From positions 1 through 21,178 of the forward strand of contig JBHGNT010000542.1 in NCBI GenBank assembly GCA_043228905.1: 21,178 nucleotides of DNA. The letters run 5' to 3'. Below the pieces are notes generated by a model. It was not told where the DNA came from. It was given only the letters and a program-made list of their open reading frames with translations, and searched no databases. The translations under genes were made by a program, and so were the position numbers. Source of the DNA: Azolla caroliniana (Eukaryota > Plantae > Polypodiophyta). Each line of letters opens with the position of its first letter. The first letter of the stretch is position 1. Below are positions 10,929 through 20,199 of the stretch, in pieces.

Positions 10929-11889
10929 CGAAGCTTAAAAAACGTCGGGAAAAGGATTTGGTGAAGTAAACTTTTTTCATAGACATATTTCTGTAATAGC
11001 GTATTTTGTAATAGTACATTTGAGTAAATTAAAGAACAGCGTAGGACATCAGAAAAAATATGTATGTATAAAATTTATCAGTAGAATACGAAGAAACAAT
11101 TATGTTTTAAATAATCAACGTAAAAAAATTTGTAAACTGTATTTTAAACGAATACCACCGAAACAAGAAAAAATCATTACTATTTGGTAAAAAATGACTA
11201 TGCGTAATACCATAAAACAAAAATATCCAGCAAAATTATAGGCGTTTCTTTTGTGAACAGCATCGTATAAAAGAAAGTTAACGGCAATCAGAATCGCGCC
11301 GTAAATCGAAGTTTTCCGAAAAGATTATCATTGGATAAGCACGTAAATAGGCCTCACTTTATCCTCATTAGTCGCGAGCGTTCCTCATTCTGGTAAAGCC
11401 ATAAAGCATGTAATGGCGCGATTAGTTGCAAAATTGCGCCAAACCAAATTGTTTTAGCTCGTTATTTTGTGTCCGACCGACAAAGTACATTATAAACGAC
11501 CGATGCTTTTTTGCCATTTAGTCGTGTCGAGTGTGGATATTAATTTAAGCCGAAAGCATATTTCATTTTCAATTTTACAAGGTTTTGAAAAATACCAGAC
11601 TATTTTTTGGAAAATAATTATTAATAATTTGCTCTTCAGTAAAGGCGATATTGTTTTTAGCAACCTGTACGTGCATATAAAAGATTGTATATTGTATTTG
11701 TCCTTTTTATACGGAAAAGTATTTTTTCTCAGTCTAGCCAATTTCGAGAATTCGCTCTAACAGGGAAGTAAACAGTCTCATAGACAGACAAAAATACACT
11801 TGACACACTTACAGAATGGACTGACTATGATTATTTTCGCCGTGTGTCAAAAAGGAAAATATTTAAAAAGGTATCTTTTTCGATGTCAA

Positions 11890-12685
11890 AGCCTTACTCT
11901 TCATCAATTATCAGACTGCTGCCGCATTTACCCAGTTCGTGTGAGTTTATTTTAGATCGCCTGACGAAGTAGTAGGTGGCCTGTGATACAGAGTGTATTA
12001 TCTCTATGTCCATACTTAATTTTTTATCGTCCATTAGCTGGATCCATTTGAGCTTCTTTAATCTTAGGCTGGCATCCGCAACTCCACCTTTCCTTTTTAT
12101 CTTCACATTTGTATCCCTATATTTCAGAGATAGACCCAAAATAGCTTTTTGCATGTTTTTCTGTGGCACTCGTATTTTGTCCACTGTTTATTTTGTTAAA
12201 ACCAGTGGTGCGACTACTCGTATATATCGTAACACAGACACTAGTTATAGACCCTTTTTATATATGGGAATATTAGATCTTCGGATGTTGCAGAGTTTCC
12301 CGAAAACTGCCTACCCTTCTGCCTTTTTCCAAAGCTTAATGGTTTTTTCTTAATAAAACATGGGGACCCAGGTAATTATATGGCCATATTTGCTCAATAT
12401 TCCGACCGTTTACTTTCAGCTTTTCACCGGTGACTCAGTTTGTCATAAACTTGGTCTTGATGATGATTATATTAAGCCCAACTTTTATGGATGCTCGTTC
12501 CAGTTCGATTAGCATCTCTTTCGATTCATCGAATTTGTCTGAAATTATAACCAGGTTATCGGTGATGTTAACACCAAAGTTTGGTTCTCAATACGCTTAA
12601 AAATTTATTTCAAAAGTAGGTAATTGATTAGGGAAAGATGAAATCACCTTCCCGTATAATTTGCTTTATTTGGGAGTTAAAAATA
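11890..12685 (-). mobile_element. RTE-clade LINE, 3' part (interrupted by the Tigger insertion)
   Basis: The minus strand reads KIRVPQKNMQKAILGLSLKYRDTNVKIKRKGGVADASLRLKKLKW, the RTE C-terminal QRAMERxMLG.SL.D motif. A decayed IREGDFIFP (RQGD-like) segment abuts the Tigger left end. Confidence 0.85.
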
Positions 12686-14468
12686 CAGTGAAAGCTCGCT
12701 TAACGGGCAGCTCTAATATGCGACCATCTTCCATAAGCGACCAAATTCTATGGAACCGAATTTAGTTTCTATATTTAACATATAAAGTACACTCCAATAA
12801 GCGGGCGTTCTAATAGACGACCGCGGGTAGCAAGGATGAAATAATATCTCCTATAAGCGACCGCGAAGCTCCAAAAACCGGGCAAATAAAATCCGTATAT
12901 AATATTGATACTTAAATATCGGCAATCGGTGATTCCCCTAGATGTTTTGGGGGTTTTACACGATCATTACCTATTGTGCTAGTCTTTGTTTTTCTTTGTT
13001 ATCAGATTTAGTTTTGTTACGAAATTAAACGTGCGCGTTTATAATGCCGCCGAAAAAACGAATGTTAACGCTAAAAGAAAAGATGGAAATAGTGAATGTT
13101 ATTGACAAAGAAAAACTATCAACTAACAACATCAGACACAGGCGACGTTGATTGCAAAAAATAAGGAGGATATCCGACGTTTGTGACAGTCTGGTGTAAA
13201 TGAACAACAAAAAAGGAGTTTTTGCAAAACTGAAGGCTTAAACATCGACAAGGCATGTTTTGAGTGGTTTGTAAGTGCTAGAAATCGAAGAATTCCCATA
13301 TCTGGAGGGCTTGTAAAAGAGAAAGCGAAGGAAATTGCACAAAAATATGGCTATCAAAAATTTAGTGCTTCTGATGGGTGGTTTCATAAGTGGCGTAAAA
13401 GAAACAATGTTAGTTTTAAATGCATTTCTGGTGAAGCGGCCGATGTAAATCAAGAGACTGTCGATGCCTTTATAGAAAAGCTTCCTTCGTTGCTCCTGGG
13501 ATACCAATGTGAAGATGTTTACAATGCCGACGAAAGTGGTCTATTTTTTCGTGCGCTTCCGGATAAGACACTGGCCTTAAAGTCTAAAAAGTGTTCGGGG
13601 GGAAAATTATCGAAAGAAAGACTAACCTAGCCTGGATGACACGCGAAATAATGGGTGAGTGGTTAGCCGAGCTGGATCGGAAAATGGGCATTGAAAATAG
13701 GAAAATTCTGCTATTTTTAGATAACTCTGCCTCTCATCCACGTAACTTACACCTAAAAAATATAAAAATTATTTTTTTGCCTCCAAATACGACCTGCATG
13801 TGCCAGCCCTTAGATCAAGGCATCATTCCAAATTTTAAGTTTTATTATCGTAATCAGATCTTAAAACATGTTTTATCCAATATGGATGGTGTTAAGTCAT
13901 CCTCTGAACTGTGAAAAAAAATTAATGTTTTGGAGGGATTGTATTTCATAAAAACAGCATGGGAGAATGTGAATTTAACAACAATACAAAGAAAATTCCA
14001 AGAAGAGGCAAATAAAGCGAAAAGTTACAATGATGCCTTAATTTATATTAAAGAACTGAAAACTTTTTCAAAAGATGACTATGTAGCATTTGAACAAGTA
14101 AAAAATCTGGAATGTCATTTTCAGAAGTGTCGGGAGGAGGCAAAGCAAAGAAAGCTTAAGCAGTCGACTATTCTAACATTTTTCCAAACTACCTCTAAAT
14201 AATGTTTTTACGTTTTTGTTGTTTTGTTTAATAAATTTGTATGTCATTAATACATTTTATACATGATAATAATATGTATGTGCATTTATGTCTCGATTTA
14301 TGTATGTTATTATCATATCACATTTCATAATTATATGTTCTTACAATATGTCACTAATAAATTTAAAAGATGAAATTTCTATATTTTAGTTTTCTTTTAA
14401 GCGGGCACCTCTAATAAGCGGGCAAAAAAGCTAGAACCGTGGCTGCCCGCTTATGGGAGCTTTTACTG
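12686..14468 (+). mobile_element. Tigger/pogo-family DNA transposon, 1783 bp, internally deleted, with both TIRs and TA target-site duplication
   Basis: Left TIR cagtgaaagctcgcttaacgggcagc (12686-12711) matches the reverse complement of the right TIR, cagtaaaagctcccataagcgggcagc (14442-14468). TA lies at 12684-85 and 14469-70. Subterminal ctc.aataagcg(gg/ac)c repeats occur at both ends. Confidence 0.95.
13044..14202 (+). pseudogene. Tigger transposase pseudogene (CENP-B-type HTH, DDE_1 domain, DD30D triad, C-terminal PIP box)
   Basis: Segments read MPPKKRMLTLKEKMEIV, FEWFVSARNRRIPISGGLVKEKA, FSASDGWFHKWRKRNNV, VYNADESGLFFRALP, AWMT, LLFLDNSASHP and FLPPNTTCMCQPLDQGII. There are 30 residues between the second and third Asp. 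Frameshifts, stops and deletions are present, for example between KERLT and AWMT. Confidence 0.95.
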
Positions 14469-14675
14469 TATTTGCATAGACTTCAATGACAGCATATGCT
14501 TTCTGGTAAATATTTTCAATATGGTTGTGGTAAGAATAAGCAATTCTACAATCCACGAAAGCTTGTAACATCCTACCAGATCCACCGCATCAAAAGTATT
14601 TCCGAAATCTACGGAAACAAGCACCATAAGCTTATTGTATTTCAATACGGATTTCACTTGCACCAGTAACACGTA
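14469..14675 (-). mobile_element. RTE-clade LINE, 5' part of the copy split by the Tigger element
   Basis: The minus strand reads KSVLKYNKLMVLVSVDFGNTFDAVD. It rejoins 12685 seamlessly across a single TA. Confidence 0.85.
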
Positions 14676-14980
14676 TTGAAACGTCTTCTGACGGTAAGAG
14701 TGATTGATATACGCCCATCGCATACATTTTTTTATTGTCATGAAAATAGAAAGTAATAGCCATACACTTTTTTATACATACTTTTTAACTGCGACGATTT
14801 TTCACATTGACTAAAAAATGTGAAAATATGTATGTGGTATAATTTTTATTATGAATAGAACACGGATTTTAAAAAAGAAAGCTATAATTCAATTTTCATT
14901 ATTATAGCTCAACAAAATTGCTCTAAATAAATCTATGTGTTTAACGAAATGGTTAAGAAGAATTATCTCTTATTTTTCAG

Positions 14981-15188
14981 GCAACGTTAGAAAAACCAGC
15001 AAATATACCAGTAGTTTTAGCTTTTCCGAGTGTGCTGTATCAAACGAGGATAGGAGGTTACCAAGCTGAAATTTCCCTACCACTGGGAATGGTAGTAAAT
15101 GCAATTTTTAAAAACCAAAATTGGTTATATGTACAAACGCCTCACGCTGAAGAAGGATACGTCAGTTATTCTGCTTGCCTCCCGTTAG
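14981..15188 (+). CDS. Coding exon 2: SH3-like domain
   Basis: Acceptor tctcttatttttcag ends at 14980. The phase-0 frame is ATLEKPANIPVVLAFPSVLYQTRIGGYQAEISLPLGMVVNAIFKNQNWLYVQTPHAEEGYVSYSACLPL, with SH3 hallmarks LY, EISL..G, WLYV and EGYV. The donor TAG|GTGGGT is phase 1 and matches the next exon. The ORF track missed this exon. Confidence 0.9.
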
Positions 15189-15737
15189 GTGGGTAAATAG
15201 CACAAAATAATATTTACAGCTAAGTTCTAATAATTTCAATAGCATTTAGCACCTGTTTTATATAAAATTTAAAGTATCCGATATTTGCTTCCTCTATTAA
15301 AACGTCTTGCTTTCTAATTAAGAACAGAACCTAAACATGAAACACCTATATAGTTCGTAGGTTCACAGCTAATCCTAAGTCTCCCGTAAAAATTTCCATC
15401 CCTCTCCTTCCTATGTTGCATTCATCCAGTTCATGTGAATATGTTTTAGATTGTCTAATCCCATTAAGTGGGCGCGGTGGTCTTCATTTTGATATTTCTA
15501 TTGTCCATATTCCTTCGCTCGTTCTAGCCACGTGACCTGCCACTTCTATTTGATAGTTTATATTCTTACGATGATATTCGTAACTACATTTCTTCTTTTC
15601 CCTTCTGATTCGGAATCTTTTAGAGAGACAACTAACATAGCTCTTCTGGATGAATGCTTCTGTGGGAACTCTTATTTTGATTGCCGTTTGTTTTATTTGT
15701 TTCAGTGTTTCTGCTATATTAGGATGATGTATGTTAT

Positions 15738-16147
15738 ACATCTTACTACCGGTTTCATTGGGATGAAATCTCTCAAATATAGGTTTGAGTTTCTACCAAA
15801 CTGTAGATTTTCTATGTTCCCCCTCAAGTAAGAAGAGCAACATTCTGAGTGTTTTCAACACGTTTCGGACGAAATCTCGGTCTGTGACATGTTTTGCCCG
15901 ACTTTGGAACTGCCGGTAGATGTCTCTGTCTCGCACTGATTTCTACCGTTAATGGTAGATGGCGCGTCAGACCAATTTTTAACAGTTTGATGCCACCAAA
16001 TATTGGTTAAGAATGGGAAATGTTGAGAGATATTCATCCTTTGACTAGCTTTCCTGATGAGCATTGACATAGTTCGAAACCGGTAGTAAGATGTCGTTGG
16101 GATGAAATCTCTCAAATATAGGTTTAGTTTTCTACCAAACTGTAGAT
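15738..16147 (+). mobile_element. Non-autonomous Penelope-like element terminal repeat or retrozyme-like unit (339-bp period, about 1.15 copies, 5' micro-inversion)
   Basis: A 51-bp direct repeat lies at 15758-15808 and 16097-16147. A 19-bp perfect inverted repeat lies at 15738-15756 and 16076-16094. A minimal hammerhead motif sits just before the second direct repeat, and there is no credible coding capacity. Confidence 0.7.
16043..16095 (+). ncRNA. Minimal type I hammerhead ribozyme with intact catalytic core
   Basis: CTGATGA is at 16054-16060, stem II region gcattgacatagttc at 16061-16075 (G-C closing pair), and GAAA at 16076-16079. Stem III is the palindrome ACCGGT (16079-16084), with a GUA cleavage triplet ending at 16085. 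Stem I is imperfect (gactagctttc with gtaagatgtc). Confidence 0.75.
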
Positions 16148-16274
16148 GATCAGGTATATTTAACAGAATACTCCTGTAATTATTGGACCATATTTGTCCA
16201 ATATTTATGTGAAACTGCGTTTTAAACTATGAGGGTGCAGTGTCCCAATGATCTTTTTAATATATTTATTGTAG

Positions 16275-16508
16275 GTATAATACCACCACAAGACGGCGAC
16301 AAACCATCGCCCTGTTGGGAAAAATCTACGGACGTCTTTCCGAAACCTTCTGGGAATATGACAGATACTGAAAAACTTAGTTGTAAATCTGAATGTGGTG
16401 GAGATGAAGACATTTATTGCAATGGAAGCAGATATAGAAGCGCGTTTAGTACTTGTGGCGAGAAAAGTGTAGATAGGTTGTATTTGAGAGCAGCTGCTAT
16501 AGCAAAAG
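16275..16508 (+). CDS. Coding exon 3 (post-SH3 linker); the gene continues beyond this exon
   Basis: Acceptor tatttattgtag ends at 16274. The phase-1 join gives G-IIPPQDGDKPSPCWEKSTDVFPKPSGNMTDTEKL...CGEKSVDRLYLRAAAIAK. The donor is AAG|GTAAGG at 16509. The exon is 234 nt and symmetric (phase 1-1). I found no further exon in the window. Confidence 0.85.
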
Positions 16509-17190
16509 GTAAGGAAATTCCATTCAACGTAATATTTCTGAATTCTTATCATGATGATTTAATTATTTTATTACACTTATTTAAATCCATATATTTTTAA
16601 GTAAATTTTGGGTTATATTGAAACAATCAAAAATTTTAATATATTTATATACCTCTGCTGTTAAACAACAAACCATTGTATACATACTGTATAAATTAGG
16701 TATAAGAGTTTTTAGTCGTTTATCTTTACGTAGATCATAAAACAATCAAGTTGTTTAAAAATTAAATTTCACTGAACAAGACTTTATTGTATTTTAATCG
16801 GAGGGACGTTGGTTATTTCCTCACAGGCAAAGCTTGATAAATTAGAAAACATTGCAACGACAAACATATTTAGGCGTAGTCAGCGGCTCAGTGTCGGTTT
16901 ATCTTATTTAGCGTAATCGTCAAATAAAAAAAGTGTATATTATTATAGTATTTTAAAGTACAAAAGTGGAATAGTAAATGAATACTTACCATATACATAA
17001 GTTATATTTTACTTTGCGAATTAAGTAAACTCGAAACGCCTGAAGGAACAAATTAATTTTATTAAACAAGTCTAACAAAAATCTTTCTTAAAACTACGTT
17101 ACGTAAATCTGCTGATAGTAAACTCGTCATCGCAGCAGAAGCCGCTTTTCAGGAATATAATCTAACAAATCACACTCACGCCTGATTGGA

Positions 17191-17206
17191 GTGTGTGTGT
17201 GTGTGT
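17191..17206. repeat. (GT)8 microsatellite
   Basis: gtgtgtgtgtgtgtgt read directly. Confidence 0.95.
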
Positions 17207-17478
17207 CTTGCGATAATCTTGGGATGATATAACACATACATTTTTGATTAAAAAAAGCATGATAGAATATTAAGTAATTGAGCGTCGCGTCGTATTCTGG
17301 TAGAACTAATCACGGATACCGGTAGATACAGAAAATATAGTTGTCCTCGGGCAATTATGACATCACTGTCATTCTTTTCTAAGAATCTCGGTTTTTATGA
17401 TTAAAAATTATAATCATAAATATTTATTATTTACTTAAATTAATAAAAACTCCTTAATAGATTTATGCCGTCCGCCGT

Positions 17479-19775
17479 ATAGGGGTCTAAAATTAATTGT
17501 TACCGAGAAAAAAAAGTTAAGGAAGATTCAAACCAAAAAAAAATTTTTTTCTTATAACTGGTGTAATTTTCTTTTATAATCACTAACATTAACCATTACA
17601 ATAATTAAATAAAAAAATACCTTTAACTTTAGTTTAAAAAGCTCATTTTTAATTTTTTTAAATTATAGGATACTCCTCTTAAATCTGGCATTAGCCCTAA
17701 ATTTAAAAGATTTATTACACCAAGTAGTAATTTAAATAAAAGCATGTACCAAAATACCCATTGTTAAAGTGGATATTTTATTGCTCTTGATTATTATTTG
17801 CGTTTTTCGGCGCCCATCCAAATGAATCATTTTATTGCATCCTTTGTGCGGTATTTACCCGAGAAAGCACAGATATCCTTTACTGCTATTTTGCAAAATT
17901 TAGTTTGTTTTATACATCTGTATGATTGAGATTGGTTAATTGGTTACATTTTTTAAAGTATTTTATCGGGTGTGCTCTATTTTAAAAACTTATTACTAGT
18001 TAGTTTATTAAATGTAGTGTAATTAGTGTTCAGTTAGTATTCGGCATTCCCCCATTAGGGAATACCACGACATGTTAATAGTTTATGGTGAAGCTCGTCA
18101 AAGTACTGTAAGACCAAGGCAAATTGGTGCACAGCACTATCCCGAGAGATGCATTCCTAATGAAAGAACCTTTATGAGTTGCTATCAGAGGCTTTCGGAC
18201 ACCGGAAGTGGTGTCTTACGACCACAAAATCGTTGGCTTTAAAGACAAATAAATCCGAGACGCAAGAGGAAATTTTGGACACTGTTGCGAACGATCCAAG
18301 CACAAGTACTCTTCGAATTGCTAGACCAGTTGAAGTATCGCATTTTGTAGTTTACAGAACACTAAAAGAACAATTACTTTTTCCCTACCATGTACAAAGG
18401 GTTCAAGCCTTACCACCTACAGATTTTGCTTCAAGGCAATACTTTTGTGAATGGGTTTTGCAAAAAATTAATCGAGGGCCAAATTTTTTTTAAGGGTTCT
18501 GACAACGGCCAAAGCTACCTTTACAAAGGATCTACACTCATACGCTGAAGAAAATCCTCATCAATATCAATACTGTAATATTCGCCTTTATTAGCGGTAA
18601 TCTGACAGGTGAACACTATCTGGAATTTCTGACCAACGAATTACCTGATTGACTTGATGACGTCTTATTAAAAAAAATGGCAAATATGTAATCTTTGCAT
18701 GATGGAGCACCTGCACATATCCACAGAAGGGTTCGCGAATTTTTAAATGAGCAATATGGTGATGATTGAATTGGACGAAATGGCCCTTATCCTTGGCTAG
18801 CACGATCTCCTGATCTTAATGTGTTAGATATCTATCTTTGGGGATCTCTTAAAAATTATGTTTATTATTTTCCAATTGAAACACATGAGCAACTAGAGCA
18901 AAGGGTAAGGGAAGAAATTGCAAGAATACGGGATAATCCTGAGGTTTTTGTTAGACTTCGATGAAACTGGACACGAAGACGTCTTGCATTGAGTGTGAAG
19001 GACACTTTGAACGTCTTCTTTAAATTAATTTGGTATGACTACATTTTTTTTTTATAATACAAATTTTATAATGTGTACCGATACCATTTAATAAAAATTA
19101 CTATTTACTTACCTCATAATATGTAATCAGTGAACGGTGACAATAATAAACGACTGACGTGACTTTGAATGCTAAACTTAGCAATTATCCAAAGAATTAA
19201 CCAAAGCTATGTTAAGTAACGAGCTATAAAAACGAATTGTAAGTTATAGGAACGTTTCTGTCAACCATACTATGTTATTTCTAGAAAAAGACGTAACCGT
19301 AGTCAGCGTTTTTAAATTTATAGATATTCGAAATATATTTACTCAGTATTAATTTTTTCGAAAACCCGTAGCAATATGTAATAAAGTACCTTGTAGAATT
19401 GGAAATGTTTATTAAAAACAAATTTTCGATCCAAATCAAAACTGGGGCAGTTGGTAGCTTTCAATGTAGGAAATCAATGTATTGTACATCGATTGTTCGC
19501 TGTAACGATTAATTGGGAATTCAAACTTAAAATCGGACAATTTCTAAGAAAGTTAGTCAAAAAAGGGTTTAAAGGCATTTCAGGCCTACGGAACAAGCAT
19601 CGTCCTCTTTGAAGCAACTTATCTTTAGAGACTGAGGAAAATACGGAATTTGACAGAAGTACTGGATGCCGATTACAATCGACAACGTACTGTAGGCATC
19701 ATAGACTAAGAATAGGCTAAATGACGTTGAAAAAAAAACAAATAAATGTCAACCCTCTGTTAGAACACCCTCAGA
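17479..19775 (+). mobile_element. Approximate extent of the DD41D element including long non-coding flanks
   Basis: TACAGGGTG-like remnants occur at 17479 (tataggggtc) and 17965 (tatcgggtgt), with gaacaccct near 19763. The TIRs are too decayed to pair confidently, so the ends are uncertain. Confidence 0.35.
18039..19023 (+). pseudogene. Tc1/mariner-superfamily transposase pseudogene, DD41D (rosa/Visitor) type with DUF4817-like HTH
   Basis: Segments read EYHDMLIVYGEARQS...YPERCIPNERTF, DPSTSTLRIA, FPYHVQRVQAL, YAEENPH, LTGEHYLEFL, HDGAPAH (Asp at 18701), WLARSPDLNVLDIYLWGSLK (Asp at 18827, 41 residues between) and GHFERLL*. It has frameshifts, stops, an internal deletion and a lost first catalytic Asp. 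Confidence 0.92.
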
Positions 19776-20010
19776 AGAAATCCAAATAGGACTTCAAGAA
19801 ATTCACTTAGCCTTTAACCATGGATAATCAAACTCTGTGGACAACTTCATAATTCTATCTAAGGTCGGAGGAGTTATGGAAACGTTCCTGCCAACCATGC
19901 TACGATATTCCTAAGAGCACGTGACCGTAGTCAGCGCTTTTTAATTCATAAATATTCTAAATGTTTTTAATAATTGTCTTTATTTGTACAAAATTAGTTG
20001 TAGCAATATG
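19242..20010. repeat. Diverged direct repeat of about 137 bp (19242-19378 and 19872-20010)
   Basis: Shared blocks: agttat.g.aacgtt.ctg.caaccat.cta, cgt.accgtagtcagcg.tttt.aatt.ata.atattc.aaat, and gtagcaatatg. Confidence 0.8.
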
Positions 20011-20199
20011 CTAAGCAAAAGAAGACTATCAACTGAAAAAAATATATTAAAAGTAAGAATCGACGCATCAAACCACGGATCACACCGGTTCTACTTTCGT
20101 CCATTAAGCACTGAGACTATTTAAAGAGATTATCTTCTTTTCAACCTGATGATTTAGATGCTTTAGAAGGTATAGAAAGCAATTAACGAAATTGATAAT

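Larger units (their letters stand above)
15365..16200 (-). mobile_element. RTE-clade LINE 3' fragment, interrupted at 15738-16147 by a Penelope-like insertion
   Basis: 15365-15737 on the minus strand gives AETL...KIRV...AGHVARTSEGIW and a terminal WKFLRET. 16148-16200 reads NYRSILLNIP, a plausible upstream continuation with weaker support. Confidence 0.75.

Noticed and set aside
14981-15188. Assignment to Dlish/Vamana or another named SH3 gene
   Set aside because: The N-terminus and SH3 sequence do not match what I recall of those proteins, so the symbol is left empty.
15193-15198. Alternative donor GTAAAT, 4 nt downstream of the exon 2 donor
   Set aside because: It would give phase 2 and frameshift exon 3, whereas the GTGGGT donor at 15189 keeps the frame.
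15855-15892. Minus-strand cgaaacgtgtt resembling a second hammerhead half inside the 339-bp unit
   Set aside because: There is no CUGANGA box upstream on that strand.
20085-20195. cctgatga followed later by gaaa/cgaaa
   Set aside because: There is no credible stem II or III pairing and no cleavage triplet with stem I, so it is likely chance or heavily decayed.
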